NCBI RefSeq assembly: GCF_044704955.1 | Contig: NC_091999.1 | Location: 64,046,001 to 64,110,000, forward strand | Source: Pristiophorus japonicus | Taxonomy: Eukaryota | Direction: 5' to 3' | Length of the DNA: 64,000 nucleotides | Shown: one piece after another, positions 50,060 through 61,988 of the stretch | How the letters are laid out: each line of letters begins with the position of its first letter | Numbering within the stretch: position 1 is the stretch's first letter | Made by a program: the position numbers and the translations under genes | Notes under the pieces: generated by a model | What the model was told of the DNA's origin: nothing | What the model saw: only the letters and a program-made list of their open reading frames with translations | Database searches by the model: none

Positions 50060-51157
50060 GGCGGCCATTCAGTGTCTCGAACTTGTTACATTAGGAATGG
50101 AGGTCATTCAGCCTCTCGAGTTTGTTATAACGGGAAAAAAAAGGAGGCCAATCAGTCCCCAAGCCCGGTGTATTAGGAACAGGAGGAGAGCATTCAGCCC
50201 CTTGAGCCAGTTATACCTCAACAGGAGTAGGCCCCACAGACCCTCGAGCCTGTTACACAGGAACAGGAGGCCATTCAGCCCCTCGAGCCTGTTACACAGG
50301 AACAGGAGGCCATTCAGCCCCTCGAGCTTGTTACACAGGAACAGGAAGAGACCATTCAGCCCCTCGAGCCTGTTACACAGGAACAGGAGGCCATTCAGCC
50401 CCTCGAGCCTGTTACACAGGAACAGGAGGCCATTCAGCCCCTCGAGCTTGTTACACAGGAACAGGAAGAGACCATTCAGCCCCTCGAGCCTGTTACACAG
50501 GAACAGGAGAAGACCATTCAGCCCCTCGAGCCTGTTACACAGGAACAGGAGGAGACCATTCAGCCCCTCGAGCCTGTTACACAGGAACAGGAGGCCCAGT
50601 CAGCCCCTCGAGCCTGTTACACAGGAACAGGAGGCCATTCAGCCCCTCGAGCTTGTTACACAGGAACAGGAAGAGACCATTCAGCCCCTCGAGCCTGTTA
50701 CACAGGAACAGGAGGAGGCCTATTCAGCCCCTCGAGCCTGTTACACAGGAACAGGAGGAGGTCATTCAGCCCCTCGAGCCTGTTACACAGGAACAGGAGG
50801 CCCATTCAGCCCCTTGAGCTTGTTACACAGGAACAAGAGGAGACCATTCAGCCCCTCGAGCCTGTTACACAGGAACAGGAGGCCATTCAGCCCCTCAAGC
50901 CTGTTACACAGGAACAAGAGGAGACCCATTCAGCCCCTCGAGCCTGTTACACAGGAACAGGAGGCCATTCAGCCCCTCGAGCCTGTTACACAGGAACAGG
51001 AGGAGGCCATTCAGCCCCTCGAGCCTGTTACACAGGAACAGGAGGAGGCCATTCAGCCCCTCGAGCCTGTTACACAGGAACAGGAGGAGGCCCATTCAGC
51101 CCCTCGAACCTGTTACACAGGAACAGGAGGAGACCATTCAGCCCCTTGAGCCTGTTG
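50060..51157. repeat. 39/42-bp minisatellite related to the CR1 3' end
   Basis: Unit aggccattcagcccctcgagcctgttacacaggaacagg. Confidence 0.95.
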
Positions 51158-52150
51158 CATAAGAAATAGGAGCAGGAGCAGGCCTTACGGCCCCGCGAGC
51201 CTGCTCCGCCATTCAATACGATCATGGCTGATCATCGAACTCAACTCCACTTTCCCACCCGATGTGTCCGTATCCCTTGATTTCCCGAGACCAAAAACCT
51301 ATCTATCTCAGCCTTGAATATATTCAGAGTCCGCATCCACAGTCCTCTGGGGCAGAGAATTCCAAAGAACCACAACACTGAGTGAAGAAATTCCTCCTCA
51401 TCCCTGGCCGACCCCTTATCCTGAGACTGTGCCCCCGGGTTCTCGACCCTCCAGCCCCGGGGCAACATCCTCCCTGCATCTACCCCGTCAATCCCCCTCA
51501 GAATCATGTTTCACTGAGATCACCTCTCATTCTTCTCGATTCCAGAGTAAAGGCCCATTCTATGCAATCCCTCCTCGATAGACATCACAGGAACACATCT
51601 AGTGAACCTCCATTGTACTGTCTCCAAGGCAAATGTATCCTTCCTTCGGTAAGACCAAAACTGTGCACAGAACTCCAGGTGTGGTCTCTCCAAGGCCCTG
51701 TACAATTGTAACAAGACTTGCTCTTATACTCCAACCCCTGGCAATAAAGGCCAACATGCCATTTGCCTTACTGCTTGCTGTACCTGCATGTTCGCATTCT
51801 GTGTGTCTTGCACAAGGGCGTCCAAATCTCTAAACACCAACGTTTAAATGTTTCTCACCATTTAAAAGATACTCTGTGTTCTATTATTCCTACCAAAATT
51901 AATAACCTCACACTTCCTCACCTTTGAACTCCATCTGCCCCCTTACTGCCCACTCACATAGTCTATCTAAATCCCTTTGCAGACTCTTGTATTCTCCTCA
52001 CAGCTTACTGTCCCACCTAGTTTTGTATCATCAGCAAACTTGGCTACATTACACTCGGTCCCTTCACCTAGGATTGTCATTAGCTGAGGGCCCAGCACTG
52101 ATCCCTGCGGTACCCCACTAGTTACAGCCTGCTAACCTGAAAATGGCCCA
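51158..52150 (-). mobile_element. CR1 3' fragment
   Basis: ataagaaataggagcaggag end; LERPHLEFCAQFWS; GVPQGSVLG. Confidence 0.85.
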
Positions 52151-52339
52151 TTTACTTCGTGGTTGGGTTACCTCAGCGCAAATGAACCCTTCCAAAGTGG
52201 AGTTTCCAGCAGTGTGGCTGTCTTAATTTGAGCGTTATCACCACTGAGAAATTCAGCTTGCAAGTAAGGGTTTCCAATGAGCCAGTTGCTAAAGGCCAGG
52301 GTTTGCAGCAAGGCCCTGAGGGGGGAAGGAGTTTGGAAG

Positions 52340-52720
52340 GATGGCTGGTGTAAGAGGTACAAGGAGAGCCAACAGGTTCACTGATATGGAGCTGGAGACA
52401 CTGATGGATGGTGTGGAGGGCAGAAGAAGAATCCTGTTACCTGGGGAGACCTGGCAGACCGCCAGTACATAATGCATGGAGGGAGATTGCAGGGGAGGTG
52501 TCAGGCACCTCTATATGTGAGGACACACCCTCCCAGGAGGGTGCTGGCCAGTCTGCACCCGGCCCTTCTAGGCCCAGAGGTGTTCCAGGGCGTCCTCGGA
52601 CAGCTGTAGGTCCCAGGCCACAACCACAGCAGCCTGCCCGGACCCACGATGCAGCCGCAGGGATGAGAGGTAGGTGCAGTGTTCGGGTAGTCATGTGTAA
52701 CAGGTTTTAGAGTGAGAGAC
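52340..52720 (+). mobile_element. Harbinger-type Myb/SANT ORF remnant
   Basis: RANRFTDMELETLMDGVEGRRRILLPG../..AWREIAGEV. Confidence 0.65.
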
Positions 52721-52721
52721 A

Positions 52722-53390
52722 CATCCTACTCCTCCTCCCTTCCTTTTCCTCCTCTTCCTCCACCTCTTCATCATCCTCATCGCTTCTCCTCCTGGCTCGA
52801 CCTCCTCCTCCTGCTCCCCCTCGTCCTCCTCCTCTTTCTTGCGCCTTCTCTCCTCCTACAGCCCCTCCTTCGCCTCTTCATCCCCCTTCTCCTGGTCCTC
52901 CTCATCTTCTTCGTCCTCCTCCTATATCTCCTCTTCCTCCTTTTATTCCTCTTCCTCCTCCTTCTCATCATCTTCCTCCTCTTCATAATCCTCAACTTCC
53001 TCTTCTTCCTACTCCTCCATTTCCTCCTCGTCGTCTTCCTGCTCCTCCACCTCTTCCTTCTCCAGCCCTTTTTCCTCATTCTATTCTCCTCCTGGTCTTC
53101 CCCTTCTTCTTCATCCTCCTCTTCCTCCTCCTGCTCCTCATAATCCTCCGCTTCCTCTTCCTACTCGTCTTCCTTCTCCACTTCCTTCCTCCACCTCTTC
53201 CTCATCTTCTTCCTCCTCCTATTCCAACTCTTCCCCTTCATCCTCCTCCCCATCCTCCTCTACCTCCTCGTCCTACTCCCCTTTCTACTGCTCATCCTCT
53301 CCTCCTACTTTTCCTTCTCCTCCGCCGACTCTTCCTCCTCCTCTTCTTCCTCCTCCTGGCTCAACCTTCTCTTCCTCCTCCTTTTCTTCC
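52722..53390. repeat. (CCT)n-rich compound repeat, left of Gypsy
   Basis: Seen directly. Confidence 0.95.
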
Positions 53391-56300
53391 TCCTAAATAA
53401 AGCAGAGCCGAGATTGTACCTTGCTTAGTTAAACAGTACTCAGTTTGAACCTTTATTACATAACATTTGGCGATGAGATTACAAGATCCTTTGTTTGCAA
53501 AATGAGCACCATTGGATATTTAGAGCGATTCGTGGAGGGAGAAGATTGAAACATAGAAAATAGGTGCAGGAGTCGGCCATTCGGCCCTTCTAGCCTGCAC
53601 CGCCATTCAATGAGTTCATGGCTGAACATGAAACTTCAGTACCCCATTCCTGCTTTCTCACCATACCCCTTGATCCCCCTAGTAATAAGGACTACACCTA
53701 ACTCCTTTTTGAATATATTTAGTGAATTGGCCTCAACAACTTTCTGTGGTAGAGAATTCCACAGGTTCACCACTCTCTGGGCAGACTTTGTGAGCCGTTT
53801 GAACCAGTACTTTGTGGCCAACAAATTGAAGATGGTCGACGCTGCAGATTGGCGCCGGGCCGTGTTCCTCACTGTGTGCGGTTCAAAGATCGACAGTCTG
53901 ATAAAGAATCTACTCATGCCTAGTGATCCAACAGAGAAAACGTACGAGGAGTTGTGTACAGTGGAGAAATTGCATTTTAAAACGGCCATCCAGATCGTTC
54001 GACCCTGTGTGATGACGCACAGGAGTCTAAAGCAAATAGCGGTGAAGAACTGGACCTCGGTAAGTACTGTAAATGGGATTGCTTTGGCGTTCGGCAGAGC
54101 GGCACCTGGCAGGGCCAACCCGGCTGCGTTCGCCAAACCTGTGGCTGTCCAAAGTCCAGCAGCGGGAATGTAGCCGACTTCTCCGTGTTGGCGTTGTGGG
54201 GGAATCATCGGCACCAGCAGGGCCGATTTAAGCAATCTAGTTGAAAACGCTGTCTGAGAGTGGGGCATCTTCAGCGCAAGTGTCCGCAGATGAACAAGCG
54301 TGCTGCGACACACCACGTGGAGGATGAGAGTCAGACTAGCGCGGATCTGGATACGCAATCCGAGACGCCAGAGGAGGAAGTGTATGGACTGTACTCCTTC
54401 ATAACCAAGAGCAAAGCAATTTTGATTAACGTGACGTTTACCTTGATACCGGTATCGATGGAACGACACGGGGGCGAGTCAATTGACCATGAATGAGAGG
54501 GCATTTAATAAGCTGTGGGATACTAAGACTGTGAGGCCCAGGCTGAGCCCTGTTAACGCCAAGCTGCGCACGTACACCAAAGAACTGATAAAGGTGATTG
54601 GCCGTGCACAAATTAACATGTCACATAACGGTGCGGTTCACGAGTTACCTCTGTGGGTTGTTCCAGGCAATGGCCCAACGCTGCTCGGCAGGAGCTGGTT
54701 GGAGAAAATCAGATGCGACTGGAACTACATCAAGGCTTTGTCATTGGAGGAAGATACATGTGCCCAAGTATTGAGTAGCTTCCCTTCACTGTTTGAACCG
54801 GGTATCGGCAATTTCACAGGAGCCAAGGTGCAGATCCACATGGACTCAGATGCAAGACCCGTCCATCATAAAGCTCGGGCAGTGCCGTATGTGATGAGGG
54901 AGAAGGTGGAAATTGAACCGGACAGACTCCAGCGTGAAGGGATCATATCACCAGTTGAATTTAATGAATGGGCCAGCCCCATTGTTCCTGTGCTGAAAAG
55001 TGATGGCAGTCAGAATCTGTGGAGACTACAAGGCTACGATCAACAGGGTTTCGAAACAAGATCAGTACCCGTTACCGAAGGCTGATGACTTGTTTGCGAT
55101 GCTAGCCACAGGGAAGTCCTTCACAAAACTGGATTTGACGTCGACCTATATGATACAGGATTTGGTCAAGACGTTGAAGAGAATTACGTGCATTAACATG
55201 CACAAAGGACTGTTTATTTACCACAGGTGCCCTTTCGGAATTCGCTCGGCTGCAGCAATATTCCAGAGGAATATGGAAAGTCTACTGAAGTCCATTCCTA
55301 GAACTGTGGTGTTCCAAGATGACATCCTGATCATCGGTCATGACTTCAAGGAACATCTGAACAACCTGAAAGAGGTTCGACTGCGTTTGTCGCGTGGGAC
55401 TCGGACTGAAACGCTCGAAGTGCATCTTCATGGCACCGGAGGTCGAATTCCTGGGGAGGAAAATCACCGCTGATGGCATCAGACCTACTGACGTGAAAAC
55501 CAAGGCCATCAAAAATGCACCCAAGCCGCAGAATGTGACAGAGCTGCGTTCGTTCCTGGGTCTACTCAACTACATTGGTAACTTCCTACCTAAATTGAGC
55601 ACCTTATTAGAACCACTGCAGATGCTATTGAGAAAAGGCGACAACTGGGTATGGGGCGCATCACAAGACAGAGCTTTCGAGAAAGCCACCAATCTGCTTT
55701 GCTCGAACAAGCTGCTGGTACATTAGGACCCAAGTAAACGTTTAGTTTTGGCCTGTGACGCATTGTCATATGGAATTGGTTGCGTGTTACAACAAGCCAC
55801 GTATGCATCCAAAAGTTTGTCTAAAGCAGAAAGAGCCTACAGTATGGTAGAGAAAGAAGCTTTAGCCTGTGTGTACAGTGATAAAAAGATGCATCAATAC
55901 CTGTTGGGGCTGAGGTTCGAATTGGAGACCGATTACAAGCCGCTCATTTCATTGTTTTCCGAGAGCAAAGGTATCAATACCAACACTTCATCCCGTATCC
56001 AAAGGTGGGTGCTGACATTATCTGCCTATGATTATGTCAGCGCCACAGACCTGGCACAGAGAATTGTGCCAATGCTTTGAGTCGGTTGCCGTTGCCCACG
56101 CCAGAGGTGGAAACGCCACAACCGGCGGATCTAATGTTAATCATGGATGCCTTTGAGAGTGAAGGTACCCCTGTCACGGCTCAACAAGTTAAGACCTGGA
56201 CCAGCCAGGGCAGATTTTATCGGTGTTAAAGGGTTGCTTCCTCAAAGGGGATTGATCTGCCATAGCTAAGCAAATGTGCGAGGAAGCCAAACCGTACATT

Positions 56301-57787
56301 CGTCGCAAGGACGAACTGTCTATTCAAGCAGATTGCATATTGTGGGGCAATCGTGTTGTAATGCCCAAGAAAGGGAGAGAGAAGTTTGTGCATGAGTTAC
56401 ACAGCACACACCCTGGTATAGTGATGATGAAGGCCATCGCCAGGTCCCATGTATGGTGGCCAGGAATTGATTCTGAGCTGGAAGCATGCGTGCATCAGTG
56501 CAACACTTGCATGCAGCTCAGCAAAGCACCAGCGGAATCGCCGCTGAGTCTGTGGTCGTGGCCATCCAAACCTTGGTCCAGTATCCATGTAGATTTTGCA
56601 GGTCCCTTCCTGGGCAAGGTGCTTTTAGTGGTGGTGGATGCTTATTCGACGTGGATAAAATGCATAATCATGTCATCCAGTATGTCCACTGCAACCACAG
56701 AGAATCTCAATGTCATGTTCGCGACACATGGTCTGCCTGACATAGTGGTGAGCGACAATGGGTCGTGCTTCACCAGTCAGGAGTTTCAGGAGTTTGTAAA
56801 ACTTAATGACATAAAACATGAAAGGTCAGCCCCATTCAAGCCTGCATCCAACGGGCAAGCAGAACGTGCAGTACAAATTATCAAGTAAAGCATGAGGAGA
56901 GTAACCCAAGGGTCACTGCAGACCCGCTTGTCCTGCATACTGCTGAGTTACAGGACAAGACCCCACACGCTCACAGGGGCCTCGCCTGCGGAACTCGAGA
57001 CCTCTTTTCATCATCAGACCAAGTTATCTCTTGTACACCCGGATTTAAGTAATCACGTTGAATACAGAAGACAAAGTCAATAACGATACCACGATCGCGC
57101 AACTGTGTCACACGAGATTTCTGTTAATGATGCTGTATATGTGTTGAACTATGGTCAGGGTGCCAAATGGATCGCTGGTACGGTCATGGCCAAGGAGGGC
57201 AACAGAGTATTCGTTATTAAGCTTAAGAACGGGCAAACTTGCAGGAAACACATGGATCAGACAAAGCTGAGGCACACAGACAAGCCAGAACACTGGGACG
57301 AAGAAACTGTCGATGACCAACCAACCTACTAGCAGTCTTCCGAGGACTCGAGGGTCATCAGTGAACCCGGAATTTCCATCATGGCTCTGTCAATAAAAAT
57401 GGACTTGCAATTCCTGACATGGCCACTGCCACCCCCAACAAGTCAGTCACCCAGCCATCAGCCACAACAGACCCCACTCACTCACCCAGGGCTGGAATCG
57501 AACTGAGATGGTCAACCCGGGAGCGTAAAGCACCGGACCGTCTCAACCTGTGAAAGACTGTGATAAGAGCTCAGAGGAGGGTATTTTCACGTCTGTACGT
57601 TCTGGTTGCATCCACCAGATGGTGTCATTGTTGGAGGCCACTGAGCAGCACGCACATGGTGCTGCTCTGGTATAAAAGGCCAGCCATTGTGTGAGTCAGG
57701 CACTTTGGGCCTAAATAAAGCAAAACCAAGGTTGGACCTTGCTTAGTTAAACAGTACTCAGTTTGAACCTTTATTGCAGATAGAACA
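53391..57787 (+). mobile_element. Gypsy/Ty3 LTR retrotransposon (Mag-like), decayed; 5' LTR truncated
   Basis: 5' LTR stub 53391-53465; PBS TGGCGATGAG 53468 (tRNA-Ser-like); gag MSTIGYLERFVEGEDW..; zinc knuckle; frameshifted DTGAS protease; RT FQDDILI; RNase H ACDALSYGIG; integrase HSTHPG..DFAGP..SDNG..SNGQAER; PPT ~57573; 3' LTR ~57584-57787. Confidence 0.93.
53548..53780 (-). mobile_element. CR1 3' tip inserted in Gypsy gag
   Basis: Splits gaagattg|ggcagac (..EDW|ADF..); near identical to 13550-13783. Confidence 0.9.
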
Positions 57788-59304
57788 TCTTCCAACCCCT
57801 CCTCCTGTGCCTCTTCCTCCCCTTCGGCCTCCACTTCCTGCTCCTCTTCGTCCTCCTCCTGGCTCGACCTCCTCCTCCTGCTGCACCTCCTCATCCTGTC
57901 TCTCCTCTTCCTCCTCCACTTCCTCCTCCTGCTCCTCCTCCATCTCCTTATCCTCCTCTTCCACTTCATCTTCCTCCTTCTCCGTCTCCTTATCCTCCTC
58001 CTGCTTCTCCTCCTGCTGCACTTCCTCCTCTTCCTCATCCTCCTCCACCGCTTCCTCCTCTTCCTCATCCTCCTCCACCTCTTCCTCATCCTCTTCCTCC
58101 TCCTACTCTTCCTTCCCCTCCTCATCTATCTCCTCCTCTTCCACCGATTGTTGCTCTTACTCCCGTCTTCCTATTCCTCCTCATCCTCCTGCTCCTCCTC
58201 CTCTTCCACTTCCTCCTCTGCCTCCACTTGCTGCAACTCCTGCTCCTCCTCCCCGGCTCCTCCTCCTTTCACACCTCTTCCTCCTTGTCCTGCTCCTCCT
58301 CCACCTCCTTCTCATCCTCCTCCTCCCCTTCCTCATCTGCTTCCTCCTCTTCTCTCCTCCAACTCCTTCCCCATTCCTCTTCCTCCTCTGCTTCCTCCTC
58401 CACTTCCCCTTCTCCTCTTGCTGTTCCTCCTCCTCCCTCATCATCCTCCTTCCTCCTAATCCTCCTCATCTTCCTCTTGCTTCTCCTTCCTTCTCCTTTT
58501 CCTCCTCCTACTCCTCCTCGTCTTCCTCCCCTTTCACCTCCACTTCCTGCTCCTCTCTGTCCTCCTCCTGGTTCGACCTCCTCCTCCTGTTGCACCTCCT
58601 CCTCTTCCTCATTCTCCTCCTCCTCTTCTTTCCCCTTCCTCCTCCTCCTCTTCTCTTCATTCTCCTCCTACTCTTCCTTCAACTCATCATCATTCTCCTC
58701 CTCTTCCTCCCCCTACTCCTCCTCCTCCTCCACTTCTTCCTACTCCTGCTTCTCTTCCTCCTCCTGCTGCACCTCTTCCTTCTCCTGCCGCCGCTCCTCC
58801 TCCTCCTTCCTCCACCTCCTGGCTCGATCTCCTCCTCCTCTTCCTCCCCCTACTCCTCCTGCTCCTCCTCTTCATCTTCCTCATTCCCCCCTCATACTCC
58901 TCATGCTCTTCCTCCTCCTCCACCTCCTCCTCCTTAGCCTCCTCGTCCTGCTCCTTGTCTTCATCCTCCTCCTCCTCCTTCACATCCTTATCTTTCTCCT
59001 CCGCCTGTTCCCCCTCCTCCTCCTCCACGTGCTCCTCTTTCTCTTGGCAACCTCCTCCTCCTCTTCTTCATCCTCAACCTACTCCTCCTCTTCCACCTCT
59101 CCCTCCTCCTCCATGTCTTCTTCCTCCTCCTCCTAGTCCTCATCGTCCTCTTCCTACTTCTCCTGTTCCTCTTCATGCTATTCCTTCTCTTCATCCTCCT
59201 CCTCTTGATACTCGTCCTGCTCCTCCTCCCCTGCTCCTCTTCCACCTCCTCCTCCTCCTCTTCCTCCTCCTCCTCCTCTTCATTCTGCTCCTGCTCTTCC
59301 TCCA
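57788..59304. repeat. (CCT)n-rich compound repeat, right of Gypsy
   Basis: Shares marker cctcctggctcgacctcctcc with the left block. Confidence 0.95.
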
Positions 59305-61978
59305 AGGCTGGGAACTTAACATCCAGGGCTATTCAATATTCAAGAAGGATAGACAGAAAGGAAAAGGAGGTGGGGTAATGTTGCTGGTTAAAAAGGAGAT
59401 CAACGCATTAGTAAGAAAGGACATTAGCTTGGATTGTGTGGAATCAGTGTGGGTAGAGGTCCGGAATACCAAAGGGCAGAAAACGCTAGTGGGAGTTGTG
59501 TACAGACCACCAAATAGTAGTAGTGAGGTTGGGGATGGCATAAAGGTACAGCAGTTACCATGGGTGACTTTAATCTACATATAGATTGGGCTAATCTACA
59601 TATAGATTGGGTAGCAAATACAGTGAAGGAGGATTTCCTGGAGTGTATTAGCGATAGTTTTCTAGACCAATATGTCGAGGAACCAACTAGAGAGCTGGCC
59701 ATCCTAGACTGGGTGTTGTGTAATGAGAAAGGATTAATTAGCAATCTTCTTGTGCGAGGCCTCTTGGGGAACTGTGACCATAATATGGTAGAATTCTTTA
59801 TTAAGGTGGCGAGTGGCACAGTTAATTCAGAGACGAGGGTTCTGAACTTGGGGAAAGGTAACTTCGATGGTATGAGACGTGAATTGACTAGAATAGACTG
59901 GCAAATGATACTTAAAGGATTGACAGTGGATAGGCCATGGGAAACATTTAAAAATCACATGGATGAACTTCAACAATTGTACATCCCTATCTGGAGTAAA
60001 AAATAAAACGGGGAAGGTGGCTCAACCGTGGCTAACAAGGGAAATTAGGGATAGTGTTAGATCCAAGGAAGAGGCATATAAATTGGTCAGAAAAAGCATC
60101 AACCCGAGGACTGGGAGAAATTTAGAATTCAGCATGGAGGACAAAGGGTTTTATTAGGAGGGGGAAAACAGAGTGTGAGAGGAAGCTTGCAGGGAACATA
60201 AAAACTGACTGCAAAAACTTCTATAGATATGTGAAGAGAAAAAGATTAGTGAAGACAAACGTAGGTCCCTTGCAGTCAGAATCAGGTGAATTTATAATGG
60301 GGAACAAAGAAATGGCAGACCAATTGAACAAATACTTTGGTTCTATCTTCACAAAGGAAGACACAAATAACCTTCCGGAAATACTTGGGGACCGAGGGTC
60401 GAGCGAGAAGGAGGAACTGAAGGAAATCCTCATTAGTCAGGAAATTGTGTTAGGGAAATTGATGGGATTGAAGGCCGATAAATCCCTGGGGCCTGATAGT
60501 CTGCATCCCAGAGTACTTAAGGAATTGGCCCTAGAAATAGTGGATGCATTGGTGATCATTTTCCAACAGTCTATCGACTCTGGATCAGTTCCTATGGATT
60601 GGAGGGTAGCTAATGTAACCCCACTTTTTAAAAAAGGAGGGAGAGAGAAAACAGGTAATTATAGACTGGTTAGCCTGACATCGGTAGTGGGGAAAATGTT
60701 GGAATCAATAATTAAAAATGAAATAGCAGCGCATTTGGAAAGCAGTGACAGGATCAGTCCAAGTCAGCATAGATTTATGAAAGGGAAAGCATGCTTGACA
60801 AATCTTCTAGAATTTTTTGAGGATGTAACTAGTAGAGTGGACAAGGGAGAACCAGTGGATGTGGTGTATTTGGACTTTCAAAAGGCTTTTGACAAGGTCC
60901 CACACAAGAGATTGGTGTGCAAAATTAAAGCACATGCTATTGGCGGTAATGTTTTGACGTGGTTAGAGAACTGGTTGGCAGACAGGAAGCAGAGAGTCAG
61001 GATAAACGGGTCCTTCTAAGAATGGCAGGCAGTGACTAGTGAGCTACCGCAGGGTTCAGTGCTGGGACCCCAGCTATTTACAATATACATGAATGATTTA
61101 GATGAAGAAATTGAATGTAATATCTCCAAGTTTGCAGATGACACTAAGTTGTGTGGCGGTGTGAGCTGTGAGGAGGATACTAAGAGGGTGACTTGGACAG
61201 GATAGGTGAGTGGGCAAATGCATGGCAGATGCAGTATAATGTAGATAAATGTGAGGTTATCCACTTTGGTGGCAAAAACAGGGAGGCAGAATATTATCTG
61301 AATGGTGACATTAGTAAAAGGGGAGGTGCAATGAGACCTGGGTGTCATGGTACATCAGTCATTGAAAGTTGGCACGCAGGTACAGTAGGCGGTGAAGAAG
61401 GCAAATGGCATGTTGGCCTTTATAGCTCGGGCATTTGAGTATAGGAGCAGGGAGGTCTAACTGTAGTTGTACAGGGCCTTGGTGAGGCCACACATGGAAT
61501 ATTGTGTTCGGTTTTGGTCTCCTAACCTGAGGAAGGACATTCTTGCTATTGAGGGAGTGCAGCGAAGGTTCACCAGACTGATTCCAGATATGGCAGGACT
61601 GACATATGAAGAAAGACTGGATCGACTGGGCTTATATTCACTGGAATTTAGAAGAATGAGAGGGGATCTCATAGAAATGTATAAGATTCTGATGGGACGG
61701 GACAGGTTAGATGCGGGAAGAATGTTCCCGATGTTGGGGAAGTCCAGAACCAGGGGACCCAGTCTTAGGATAAGTGGTAGGCCATTTAGGACCGAGATGA
61801 GGAGAAACTTCTTCAATCAGAGAGTTGTCAACCTGTGGAATTCCCGACCGCAGAGAGTTGTTGAGGCCAGTTCATTGGATGTATTCAAAAGGGAGTTAGA
61901 TGTGCCCTTACGGCTAAAGGGATCAAGGGCTATGGAGAGAAAGCAGGAAAGGGTACTGAGGGAATGATCAGCCATGAT
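59305..61978 (+). mobile_element. CR1 ORF2 (endonuclease to near 3' end), broken by frameshifts
   Basis: DRQKGKGGGV..YRPP..MGDFN..CDH; RT motifs; 3'UTR truncated at the satellite. Confidence 0.93.
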
Positions 61979-61988
61979 CATTGGGAAA

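Noticed and set aside
50037-51149. 370-aa repetitive ORF
   Set aside because: Translation of the 39/42-bp satellite.
57625-59584. Poly-Ser/Pro/Leu/Glu/Arg ORFs (also 52712-53143 and 47091-47984)
   Set aside because: Low-complexity CCT or C-rich repeats lack stops in several frames.
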